A stretch of DNA of 64,000 nt. Origin: Antarctobacter sp. (lineage in GTDB: Bacteria > Pseudomonadota > Alphaproteobacteria > Rhodobacterales > Rhodobacteraceae). Positions 1-8,547 of this stretch are shown piece by piece. A program made the position numbers and the translations under genes. The stretch spans positions 2,631-66,630 of the forward strand of contig NZ_JBLXFB010000018.1 in assembly GCF_048262615.1 (NCBI RefSeq), written 5' to 3'. A model generated the notes under the pieces. The model saw only the letters and a list, made by a program, of their open reading frames with translations, made no database searches and was not told where the DNA came from. Numbering within the stretch: position 1 is the first letter of the stretch; each line of letters starts with the position of its first letter.

Positions 1-272
1 ACAGCTTCGCCATTGAGCGCGACGGCGCGGGCGATCATCGCCATGGCTTGCCGGGTCAGGAGGTCGGTGCCGTCAACGTCCGCCATGGCAAAGCCGCCTT
101 CCCAGAGGGAGACACAGCTTTGCACCGTGGCGGTCAGTTCGGCCACGCCGCGCCGCCCGCTGATAAAGCTGTCCCGCGCCGCCATGACCTGGGCGGTATA
201 GCCTGCGCCGCTGGACCGTTCCTCTAGCGGGGTGTCGATCGGGCGCAGTTTGGTTTTCAGCCATCCGAACAT
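1..272 (-). CDS. Phage portal protein, N-terminal part (runs off the left edge)
   Basis: Manual translation from ATG at 272 (not in the ORF track): MFGWLKTKLRPIDTPLEERSSGAGYTAQVMAARDSFISGRRGVAELTATVQSCVSLWEGGFAMADV... It starts 4 nt after the protease stop. Portal identity rests on resemblance and context. Confidence 0.7.
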   Translation of the reverse strand, partial: MFGWLKTKLRPIDTPLEERSSGAGYTAQVMAARDSFISGRRGVAELTATVQSCVSLWEGGFAMADVDGTDLLTRQAMAMIARAVALNGEA

Positions 273-276
273 GGTG

Positions 277-855
277 TCACCTCCACCGGGACAGGTTGTT
301 GTAGGCCAGATTGATCCGGCGCACCTCGGGGGTGGTCGCCCAGTCCCGCGCCTCGATCTGCGCCGCCGGATAGGCCGGTTTGGTGACGGCGCTGATTTCG
401 ATCAGGTCCGCCGCCCGGATGGTGCGCAGGACCGCCTTGCCGCGTTCCTCCACCGTCTCGCCACCGGGCCGAACCCGGAACCCCGGCGACAGGCCACGCA
501 CCAGACCGGCGGCATGGGCGGACAGGAAGTCGCGGACGTAGGACACCTGCGCCATGTCGGCGCTGATCTGCGCGTCAACGGTCAGGGCGTCGTCCGTTTC
601 CGACAGGGTCAGCGTGCCTGCGGAGCGGGACGCCAAGGGCTTGTTGAAGTCATGGCCGGCCAGAAAGTGAATATCCTCTCCGCCGTCGATGCGATCCGCA
701 AAGGCGCGGGCGGCGATCACCTCGCGGCGTTCACCTCGCCTGCCGATGCCCTCCGCCAGTACGGTTTCCCGGCCATAAGGGAAGGTTGCCCGAAGGCGGG
801 TTTCCCCGCCCTCGGTGCGCAGCTCAAGGCTGCCGATATGCGCGCCCCAGAGCAT
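277..855 (-). CDS. HK97-family prohead protease
   Basis: 192 aa; LAGHDFNKPLA (His) and GLSPGFRV (Ser) motifs plus EISAVTKPAYP; TGATG overlap with the capsid stop at 855. Confidence 0.9.
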   Translation of the reverse strand: MLWGAHIGSLELRTEGGETRLRATFPYGRETVLAEGIGRRGERREVIAARAFADRIDGGEDIHFLAGHDFNKPLASRSAGTLTLSETDDALTVDAQISADMAQVSYVRDFLSAHAAGLVRGLSPGFRVRPGGETVEERGKAVLRTIRAADLIEISAVTKPAYPAAQIEARDWATTPEVRRINLAYNNLSRWR

Positions 856-2123
856 CAGGCTTCCAGTTCCAGGCCGGTCAGCAGTTCAAGCTGGGCCGGG
901 CGCGCAACGGTCACGTCCATGGTCGCAAGAGCGGTGATCCGCAGCCCGCCGGACTGGGCATCGCTGTAGGGATCGCGGATCATGTCCACCGCGCCCCATG
1001 CGCCGATAAAGATCGGGGCCACGCCGCCCGCGGCTGTGGTCAGCAGCGCCGAAGTTGCTGAAGGCGTGCCGAACGGCGCGGCAATGGCGTTGTTGGTCAT
1101 AGCAATATTGCCCGAAGGCAGGTTCTTGACCAAGCGATCCCATTCCGACACGGCGGTGCCGCTGATCAGAACGCTGTCGAGGTAGTCCCAAAGCTCGGGC
1201 CGGATCAGTGCCCGCACCGCGTCCGGCGAACCGGCAGCATTGGCGGTCATAAACCGGGTGACAGCCGAGCGGAACGCGCCCCAGCTCGCCAGCGCATCCA
1301 CCGCCGTGGACGTGATGCCGTAGGTTGCCGCGCCGGTGATGACGCCGAGCGGCTGGCCGTTGGCCCCGGTGCCGAGGAACGCCGCCTGATCCATCGCCGC
1401 GCCCATGGCGCCGCTCATGTCGCGCCGCACCGCCTGTTCCAGCGCAGCGCCGGACTGTTTCAGGGTCTTGCGGGTGATGCGCATCTGAATGCCGAGGTTG
1501 TGGTCCGGTGACATGGCCCGGTCGGTCGTGGCGTAAGTGGTCGGGCCTGCCACGTTGGCCGTCTCGCCATCCGCCCAACCTGCGGTGACGGCCGAGGTGG
1601 TCACCGGCCATTCCACAGCGCCCGCGTCGATGCTGATCATCTGCGCCCCCATGCGCGCGGCCACGCTGTCGGGAAACAGCCGGTCGATGATCGGGCGGGT
1701 CTGGGTCGGGTTGGGCGTGCCGCTGGCGACAGTCTCACCGGCGCGGGTTTCAAGCGCCTGCCACGGCACCGGAATGCCCCGGAAGCCGCCTGCGCTGCGC
1801 AGCTCGGTCACAATTTCGGCGGTCTGGCCGTCCAGTTGCCGCCCTTCGTCCAGGGCAAGCGCGACCTGGCGCAGCTCAAACCCCGCCATGAGGTCGGCCC
1901 ATTCCTGGGCAGAACGGGTTTCCAGTTCGGACCCGGCATCACGGCGTTCGGTGTCCTCCGCGATCAGGGATGCGCGGTAGCGGGTTTCGTTGGAACGGTA
2001 TTCCCGATCCAGCGTGTCCATCTGACGGATTTCATCGTCAGATGGGGTTTCCTTGCCTGCCAGTTCGGCAAGGCTTTGGCGGATTTCCGACTGACGCCGG
2101 GCGATCTTCACACTTTCGAGCAT
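855..2123 (-). CDS. HK97-fold major capsid protein
   Basis: Start refined to ATG 2123 (MLESVKIARRQSE, SD AGAAAGGA), 422 aa. Coiled-coil delta-domain-like N-terminus, then capsid-like segments (LEQAVRRDMSGAMGAAMDQAAFLGTGANGQPLG; DPYSDAQSGGLRITA). Confidence 0.9.
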   Translation of the reverse strand: MLESVKIARRQSEIRQSLAELAGKETPSDDEIRQMDTLDREYRSNETRYRASLIAEDTERRDAGSELETRSAQEWADLMAGFELRQVALALDEGRQLDGQTAEIVTELRSAGGFRGIPVPWQALETRAGETVASGTPNPTQTRPIIDRLFPDSVAARMGAQMISIDAGAVEWPVTTSAVTAGWADGETANVAGPTTYATTDRAMSPDHNLGIQMRITRKTLKQSGAALEQAVRRDMSGAMGAAMDQAAFLGTGANGQPLGVITGAATYGITSTAVDALASWGAFRSAVTRFMTANAAGSPDAVRALIRPELWDYLDSVLISGTAVSEWDRLVKNLPSGNIAMTNNAIAAPFGTPSATSALLTTAAGGVAPIFIGAWGAVDMIRDPYSDAQSGGLRITALATMDVTVARPAQLELLTGLELEA

Positions 2124-2464
2124 GTGTTTTCCTTTCTGCTCTTGAGGTTCTTGTCGGGACGCTCGAGCGCCTCGACTGCTTGCCGCCAGTCTTGGCGGTC
2201 TTCTCGGGGCGGCGGGTGGCCGCACTCGATCCGCGTCTTGCGCGTGTGGCAGGACGGGCAAAGGGCTTGCAGGTTCGGTGGGCTGTACGACAGCTCGGGA
2301 TGTGTCCTGACCGGTTTGATATGGTCCACCTCGAGCCGTCCGCCGCAGCCACAGGACTTGCAGCGGTAGCGGTCACGCTCGAGGATCTCGACGCGGAGGA
2401 CTTTCCAACGCTTGGTGCGCGTGACCTTCTGAGAGTGCCGCTGGTGCTCTTTTCTCAAACCCAC
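2108..2464 (-). CDS. HNH endonuclease (gp74-like terminase cofactor)
   Basis: GTG start at 2464 overlaps the terL stop; CxxC (CKSC), EVDHIKP, NLQALCPSCHTRKT; 118 aa. Confidence 0.9.
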   Translation of the reverse strand: MGLRKEHQRHSQKVTRTKRWKVLRVEILERDRYRCKSCGCGGRLEVDHIKPVRTHPELSYSPPNLQALCPSCHTRKTRIECGHPPPREDRQDWRQAVEALERPDKNLKSRKENTCSKV

Positions 2465-4170
2465 AGCATCCTCGCTTTCTTCTGAGGTAGAGCCGCAATC
2501 CGCGCGCCTTGAGCGACTGCCAGTACCGACGCCGCAGCCGCATCTATCCGGCCCGTAGACCGCGCTTTGGCAATTTTGATGTTGTTGGCGGGGTCGCGCA
2601 GGCACACGGTGTCAGCGAATGCCGAGCGCAGCAGCAGCGACGGTTTGGCCATTACCATCCCGTCAAAAGCAGCGCGCCGAAACCGTTCGGCGTCTTCGCC
2701 ACCGTCCCTAAAGCCTTGGCCTCTGAACACCAGCGGCGCGCGGATACCGGCCCGACTGATCGCCTCGCCCAGCTCGGCTTGTTTGTAACGGTCCATGGTG
2801 ATCGCGGCGATCTGCTCATCTTGGACGTGCCGCATTACCTCGACCAACCAAGGTGCTACCGGAACTGTTTTGTCGCCCAGAGTGGTCAACTCGCCACGCT
2901 CTTCCATCTCGACGTAGCGCCCAGCCACGCCATCCGCTTGCCCCCGGTCAAGTAGGGTAGGGGCGCTTGGGAAGGTGCCGAGGGCTTCAAGGCGGCCGGT
3001 CGCAGGCCAGTAAAACGCGGCGGCGGTCATCGACGCCGAACCTCCAAGGTCGATCCCAATGACGCATCCCCCTTCGCGGGGTGGAAGGTCGGACGCTTCG
3101 CAGGCAAGCCATTCGTCCAGTGTGATCAGCATGTCTCGAGCTTCGCCAGAAACTCGTTCATTGCGGTTGTAGAGGCGGAAAGTAGAGAGGCTGGACCCGC
3201 CGCGCGCAATTGCCCGCGCGGCTTGTGCCTCGAGCCAATCAAGCGAGCCGCCAATGCCATGAGGTGCGCCGGGATTGGCAATCAAAAGACTGTCGGGATC
3301 GTCGGCCGGAAGGCCGGGGGGCGGGCGGTGTTCCTGCACATAGGTGCCGGGTGCCGGATCATCGATCCAGCGTGAAAAGGGGTGCGTGTCGTCGGCCGCC
3401 GAGGTGCTGATCAAGAAGGCCCGGCCGCCGCGTTTGCCAAGGCCAGACAAAAGCGCATGTTCCAGCTCGTCGCCGCGATCCAGCGCCCAGTGACCGCGCT
3501 CGTCCAAGATCACGATAGTTGGCGCGCCGCCGAGGGCGGATTTGCCGTCCGCAGCGATAACGCGCAGGATGTGGCCTCCTCCATCGCCCTCGTACTCGAT
3601 TTCAAGCCGGGGTTGCCTGCGGAAGATCAGTTGGCTTTGAATGTCTTTCGGAAGCGATTGGCAGAAGCCCGCCACAAAGTCCCAGATGATCCGGCCCTGA
3701 TCTCGCGTGCGCGCCGCAGCGATGATCTCGCGGCGGGGTTGGTGATCCCAGATCCCGAGGAGGCCGCCGAGGCCAAGGCCAGCGGTGATCGCGGACTTTC
3801 CGTTCCCTCGCCCGATGCTGAGAACGGCAGTTGCGGTTTCTTGCGCCAATGCTCCTTCGATGAACTGGCACTGGAAGGGGGCCAGCGAAACAGGCTTGCC
3901 CGAATTCGGCCCCTCGGGGATGCAAAGCCTATGCATGAATTGCATAGCTCTTTCGGCGGGGGCCGTTCCGTCCAGTTCCAAGCCCTGCGCGAAAAGAGAA
4001 AACTTGGTAGTACGGTTTCCCATATGGCCGGGAATTGCGGCATTGGGACCATCTCGAAATAGGCAGGCCTGCCGGGGATCCGATTGTAAGACGGCAGGTG
4101 AGAGCTTGGGCTCGATCTTCGATCCGTCTGCCTTTCTCCACTGCCTGTCTTTGTTTGCCGCCGTGTTCAT
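2455..4170 (-). CDS. terL: Phage terminase large subunit
   Basis: Walker A GRGNGKS, Walker B IVILDE, nuclease motifs IGIDLGGS and RIDAAAA. Start placed at ATG 4170 (SD AGAGGA). The frame is open from 4269, and later starts (3981 TTG, 3945 ATG) are possible. Confidence 0.88.
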   Translation of the reverse strand: MNTAANKDRQWRKADGSKIEPKLSPAVLQSDPRQACLFRDGPNAAIPGHMGNRTTKFSLFAQGLELDGTAPAERAMQFMHRLCIPEGPNSGKPVSLAPFQCQFIEGALAQETATAVLSIGRGNGKSAITAGLGLGGLLGIWDHQPRREIIAAARTRDQGRIIWDFVAGFCQSLPKDIQSQLIFRRQPRLEIEYEGDGGGHILRVIAADGKSALGGAPTIVILDERGHWALDRGDELEHALLSGLGKRGGRAFLISTSAADDTHPFSRWIDDPAPGTYVQEHRPPPGLPADDPDSLLIANPGAPHGIGGSLDWLEAQAARAIARGGSSLSTFRLYNRNERVSGEARDMLITLDEWLACEASDLPPREGGCVIGIDLGGSASMTAAAFYWPATGRLEALGTFPSAPTLLDRGQADGVAGRYVEMEERGELTTLGDKTVPVAPWLVEVMRHVQDEQIAAITMDRYKQAELGEAISRAGIRAPLVFRGQGFRDGGEDAERFRRAAFDGMVMAKPSLLLRSAFADTVCLRDPANNIKIAKARSTGRIDAAAASVLAVAQGARIAALPQKKARMLWV

Positions 4171-4248
4171 CGTGTTTCCTCTTGCGCGTATTTCTTCGTT
4201 TAACCGTCGTTCAATTCTCACCTGCTCAATGGTGAGGTTCGGAGCGAA

Positions 4249-4298
4249 GGGCATAGGACGACTGCCCACAGCGCAAAGCTGTGGCAGTCCCTACGCCC
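4249..4298. other. Long imperfect hairpin in the non-coding gap upstream of terL
   Basis: gggcatagg-ac-gactgcc-c-acagc / loop gcaaa / gctgt-ggcagtc-cctacgccc; second hairpin ccctacg-aaagcg-cgtaggg at 4513-4532. Confidence 0.55.
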
Positions 4299-4545
4299 TC
4301 CGCGTGCAAGTCCTGCTCAACGGAGCCGGTCCATCGCTTTGGGCCCGTCCGGTCACGCGCTCTTGCCGGTCGGTTAGTTGCTGCTTGCGACACCTGAGCG
4401 CGGTGCCGGGGATCGGGCCTCAACCTTTCGGACTGCCCTGGGCAATGTGATCCCTGCCCGTGTTTGCCCTTAGCTCCTGTTGGCGCACCGTGGTTTCCCC
4501 GACACCGACAGGCCCTACGAAAGCGCGTAGGGGCGCTATTGTTGA

Positions 4546-4776
4546 TCAGTCCTCGATCACCTCACCCATGCTGAACGCTTCGGTGCCCAGTTCGGACACC
4601 AGTCGCCGCATGATCTGTTGTTGCTTGGAAGACGGACGCCACGACGCACGTTTGCCGTGCTTCGCGATTGATCGCACAAAGCCCTTGAGCCATTCGTCTG
4701 AGCCGTCCGCCATTATGCGCCGCAGAACGATGGGCCAGCGGTGGTTCAGAATCTCATCAAGCTCTTGGTCGGTCAT
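4546..4776 (-). CDS. Small basic hypothetical protein of the phage-like element
   Basis: 76 aa; ATGA overlap with the connector stop at 4773-4776 (translational coupling). Confidence 0.75.
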   Translation of the reverse strand: MTDQELDEILNHRWPIVLRRIMADGSDEWLKGFVRSIAKHGKRASWRPSSKQQQIMRRLVSELGTEAFSMGEVIED

Positions 4777-5321
4777 ACCTGAACCCCGCGATACCTTGCG
4801 CCGATCCGGGCCATATGCGGCGATGTGGTGAGGCTTTTGGCGTCCATCGGGGAGCGACCGTCATAGTGCAGCGCCGCCTGATCCATGAGGGCTTGGGCAA
4901 GATCGGGCGGGATGTCCGCCGTGTCTGTGCCAAACCCCGCTTCGTAGATCACAACCATTTCGGCGGGGGCAGGCGGTGCAAGATGGGTTTCCCAATGCAC
5001 CAGCGGGCGAATGCCGCCGACAACTGAAAACGCGTCAAAGGCGGTTCCATCAATTCGGATTGCCACGCTTGTGACGTCGATCAGCGGACCAATGGGAAGC
5101 CTCAAGCACCCCTCCAGCACGGGCCTAACAATGGTCACAGTGATGGTCTGCGTCAGCAGAGCGATCTGTGCAAAGTGCTCAATCTCGGCACAAGCTGCAT
5201 GGCCGATGTTCGTGATTGCCGCGTCTTCTTCGGTGCCGACCACTCGCAGGTGAAGTTTCACGCTATCAAGGTCAAACGGCAGGTCAGTGCCGTCCCGGCT
5301 GCGGTCCACAAGCATTCTCAT
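4773..5321 (-). CDS. Head-tail connector protein (gp6 / phiE125 gp8-like)
   Basis: LDSVKLHLRVVGTEED...AEIEHFAQIALLTQT and YEAGFG...IPPDLAQAL...AALHYDGR pattern; ATGA overlap with the upstream ORF. Confidence 0.85.
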   Translation of the reverse strand: MRMLVDRSRDGTDLPFDLDSVKLHLRVVGTEEDAAITNIGHAACAEIEHFAQIALLTQTITVTIVRPVLEGCLRLPIGPLIDVTSVAIRIDGTAFDAFSVVGGIRPLVHWETHLAPPAPAEMVVIYEAGFGTDTADIPPDLAQALMDQAALHYDGRSPMDAKSLTTSPHMARIGARYRGVQV

Positions 5322-5848
5322 GCCGCCAACTCCACTTCGCTGATGTGTCGGAAGAATGCCGCCTGATCTCCGTCGCTCATGGCTTCAAAGGCCGCAGCTG
5401 CATAGCATTTCAGCTCAGCCCGGCTGGCAAACGCCGCCCAAGACCGGGCCTCAACCATCTGGCCAAGGAACGCAGGGATGGGCGCGCCAGCGGCATGGAT
5501 CGCGGCGCGCGCGGTCAGTTCCGCATGATCAGGATGCAGGGACCGCAGCGCGGCATAGGCCAGCGCGGCGCGTTCCTCAGTCGAAAGGCGCGCGGCGGCA
5601 ACATCGCTGAACCCGGACCATGCCTCAGCGCCGCCCAAGGTCAGGGTGTATCCCAGCATCTTGGACAGGCGTTTGTGTGCCGGAGCCATGAATTTGGCTA
5701 GGCTGGAACGCTTTTTGCGGTTGGACAAAGCGGGAATTTCCGCTTTGTTTTCAGAGGAGATGTTGGCGCCGGTTAGACAACTTATGCAGTTGTTATTGTT
5801 GGATTCTGAGACAACCCTACGGGCTGCCACTTCTTCCCAAAAGAGCAC
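5318..5848 (-). CDS. Hypothetical protein of the phage-like element (start uncertain, may be near 5689)
   Basis: Helical Ala-rich C-terminal ~125 aa; ATGA-coupled to the connector gene. Confidence 0.6.
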   Translation of the reverse strand: MLFWEEVAARRVVSESNNNNCISCLTGANISSENKAEIPALSNRKKRSSLAKFMAPAHKRLSKMLGYTLTLGGAEAWSGFSDVAAARLSTEERAALAYAALRSLHPDHAELTARAAIHAAGAPIPAFLGQMVEARSWAAFASRAELKCYAAAAFEAMSDGDQAAFFRHISEVELAA

Positions 5849-6168
5849 GACGCGGCCGAGATCACCAATCTCTCGATGGCCTGCGCCATGTGAAAACGCC
5901 CGAGAATAATTGAAACCCTTGGCGCAGCCTTCAGCGTCGGGCCGATGGTATGTCGCGACCGCGCGGGCGCTGTCACCTTGCTACGCTGACGGCCATGTCG
6001 GATTCGGTAATCCTGACCGGATCAATGCGCCTTCGGGGGACCAAAACGCAACGTCGACACCGCCGCGATACAATTGGCCCGGCGGGTCGGAATCCAACCC
6101 GGCAGCGCCCCGATCAGGGCGAGGTTCTGTTCGTGAAAACCGGCCTCTCGGACGGCTGTCCGCTTTCA

Positions 6169-6792
6169 TCACCGCAAGGGTGTCTTGGCGATCCAGTCGA
6201 GTACCTCGGTCAGGTGCGCCGTCATGGCTGCGTCAAAGGCCGCAACGACCATCTCTCTGGAGGTGTCAGGGGCCGTCGCCGAACTGTCGAAACTGCGCGA
6301 TGAGACCACCCGACCGTCGCTGTCGCTCAGCAAACTCATCGTGCTCCGGATCACAATTGTCACGCTTTCCGGGCCGACCTCTGCCTGAAACGCCCGCAAA
6401 TCGGTCATCAGCACATAGTCGGGCGACGGCCCCGATCCTGCGGCGGTCACAAGGGCAAAGCGTCCGGAATTCGCCAGCGACCGGACCAGCAACAGTTGAA
6501 CGTGTTCCGTGGCGTCATTGATCCAGCGCGCATCGGGCAGCGACTCGATCTTGAGCGGGGTCGGTTTGACCACGATGCGGTCGCTTGCAAAGGCCCCGGT
6601 GGCGGAGGGCATCGCAACCTCCAGATAGCGGCGGCTTTGCCGGGCGGACACCGTGCCTGCGGGCAGGGGGCTAAGCTCAAAGGTGTCCAGCGGTTTTGAC
6701 GCGGTCTGAATGCTCGAAATGGCAGAGCATCCGGCCATCGCCAGCAGGCTGAGCCCCAGCGCCGTCGAGCGAAGTGTCACAAAAAACGCCAT
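6169..6792 (-). CDS. ABC-type transport auxiliary lipoprotein (PqiC-like)
   Basis: Lipobox LAMAG-C; last gene of the MlaE-MlaF-MlaD operon; ARW...P-type segment (DARWINDATEHVQLLLVRSL) and VLMTDLRAFQ. Confidence 0.85.
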   Translation of the reverse strand: MAFFVTLRSTALGLSLLAMAGCSAISSIQTASKPLDTFELSPLPAGTVSARQSRRYLEVAMPSATGAFASDRIVVKPTPLKIESLPDARWINDATEHVQLLLVRSLANSGRFALVTAAGSGPSPDYVLMTDLRAFQAEVGPESVTIVIRSTMSLLSDSDGRVVSSRSFDSSATAPDTSREMVVAAFDAAMTAHLTEVLDWIAKTPLR

Positions 6793-6798
6793 AACCGA

Positions 6799-8541
6799 TT
6801 ATCTCCTGAACTCAGGCACGTTGTTGCCGAAAAAGAATCGCGCGGGATCGCGTTCCATCTTTTTGGCCAATTGCTCCAGACGGTTGACCAACTGCTGCGC
6901 CTCGCGCGCAAATTTGGTGAATTCCGGCAGCCCGGTTTGTGCAAAGGCCCGGATGGGCGGTGTGGTGGTGGCAACGGTTGTATCGATGTTCTCGACCACT
7001 TCCAACGCCCGCGCCATGATTTTGCGCAAATCGGCGGTGATCGCGGGCAGGTCGTCGGACAGTTTGGCCGTTGTCGTCTTGAACTGGTCGGCGGCGGCGC
7101 GGACGTCAGAGATGGCGGGGCCAAGGTCGGTCGAAATCAGCTTGTCGGCGCTGGCGAATGTGCCCTGCGCGATGTCCAGCGTTTCTGTTGTGGCGCTCAG
7201 GGCCACGTCCAGATTGGCCAGTGTCAGGTTGGCGTTTTTCAGCGTCTCGGTGGCGGCCTTCAACGTGGTTTCGCCGGTTTCGACCAGCGGGTCGAGACGC
7301 TTGGTAAATCCGGTGACGTCTTTCGACACCTGATCGACAACCGAGGTGACAGAGGCAACGGCCTTTTGAACATCGGTCAGGATGGTGGGGACGTCCTCTT
7401 TCAGGATCTTGTCCACGCCAGAGATGGCCTGCTGCACCGATGTCAGGGTCGTGCGGGCATCTTTCAGAAGGGCGGTTCCCTCGCCGTCGATCATCCCCTG
7501 AAAGTTGATCGACGCGCTTTCGATGGCGGCGAGCGACTTGCGCCCCTCCGCCAGCGTCAGGTCCAGAGAGGCGATTGTTTTCTCCAACTCGGCAAACCGT
7601 TTTGTCGCCGCATCGGCGGTCCCGCCGAATTGCGTCAGCACCTTGTCAAGTTGCTGGCTCAGGTCCTTGGTCGCGGTTTCGAAGGACAGGACGGCGGCGG
7701 ACATTTGGTCTGCGATCTTCGGCACCTGTTTCTGGACGAAGGTATCCACCTCGGTGATGGTGGCCTCGGCGGCGGTGAACGCCCCTGTGGCCGATTTCAT
7801 CGTCGGCTGAACCTCGGCAAGGGCGACCTTGGCGACATCCAATGTCTCATCGACCTTGCCCAGCGTTGTCTGGATCGACGTGCTGATGCTGTCCAGACGC
7901 CCGGTGAATTTTGATATTTCGGCTGTACCTTCGGAGACGGTGCGGGAAATCTCGGAGAAATCCGAAAGCGCGGTTTCCAACTTCCCCGACGCGCTTTCTA
8001 GGTTCTTGAGCAGCGAAGCGACAGAGGACTGGTTTTCGGACCCCAGAAAGGTCCGGATTTCCTTGATCGCGGCCAGCGCTTCGGCCACCAGATCGGGCGA
8101 ATCCTCGGTCAAGGCCTGCACCACAGAACGTTCGGTGGGGATCAGCGGGACGGACGAGGGATCGACAGAGGTGCGCAGCAACAGCGCCTCCGGGCTGCCG
8201 CCGCTGAGGGCGACAAAGCCGACCCCGGTGACACCTTGCGAGTTCAGTTGCGCCTTGGTGTCGGTCTTGATCGGCGTGTCGGCGGCCACCTCGATTCGGA
8301 CCCGCACCTTGGCCGGGTCGTCCTCGTCCAGCGCCAGACTGACCACCTTGCCGACCGAAAGCCCGTTGTAGCGCACGTCCGCCGCCATCCCCAGACCGGA
8401 CACGTTTTCGAACAGAACCTCGTACAAGGTGTACTGGCGGTCGATCTCGACCTTCGCGAACCAGACCAGCAGCCCCAGGAGCCCGAGAACCCCCAGCACC
8501 GACACGGCCCCGATCAAAACGAAGTTTGCCTTGGTTTCCAT
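6799..8541 (-). CDS. MCE/MlaD-family protein with long helical extension
   Basis: METKANFVLIG N-terminal TM; MCE domain (VSGLGMAADVRYNGLSVGKV...QGVTGVGFVALSGG); ~430 aa Ala/Thr-rich helical region; C-terminal ERDPARFFFG. Confidence 0.9.
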   Translation of the reverse strand: METKANFVLIGAVSVLGVLGLLGLLVWFAKVEIDRQYTLYEVLFENVSGLGMAADVRYNGLSVGKVVSLALDEDDPAKVRVRIEVAADTPIKTDTKAQLNSQGVTGVGFVALSGGSPEALLLRTSVDPSSVPLIPTERSVVQALTEDSPDLVAEALAAIKEIRTFLGSENQSSVASLLKNLESASGKLETALSDFSEISRTVSEGTAEISKFTGRLDSISTSIQTTLGKVDETLDVAKVALAEVQPTMKSATGAFTAAEATITEVDTFVQKQVPKIADQMSAAVLSFETATKDLSQQLDKVLTQFGGTADAATKRFAELEKTIASLDLTLAEGRKSLAAIESASINFQGMIDGEGTALLKDARTTLTSVQQAISGVDKILKEDVPTILTDVQKAVASVTSVVDQVSKDVTGFTKRLDPLVETGETTLKAATETLKNANLTLANLDVALSATTETLDIAQGTFASADKLISTDLGPAISDVRAAADQFKTTTAKLSDDLPAITADLRKIMARALEVVENIDTTVATTTPPIRAFAQTGLPEFTKFAREAQQLVNRLEQLAKKMERDPARFFFGNNVPEFRR

Positions 8542-8547
8542 TCGAAC

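Larger units (their letters stand above)
1..5848 (-). mobile_element. Phage-satellite-like / defective prophage head and packaging module (left end outside the window)
   Basis: Contiguous coupled genes: hypothetical, connector, hypothetical, terL, HNH, capsid, protease, portal. No tail, lysis or integrase gene visible in the window. Confidence 0.75.

Noticed and set aside
1-5848. Gene transfer agent (RcGTA) cluster
   Set aside because: Gene order differs from RcGTA (terS-terL-portal-protease-capsid-tail), an HNH is present, and no tail genes follow the capsid.
5850-6168. tRNA/tmRNA integration site
   Set aside because: No cloverleaf, T-loop GTTCGA or CCA end could be traced on either strand.
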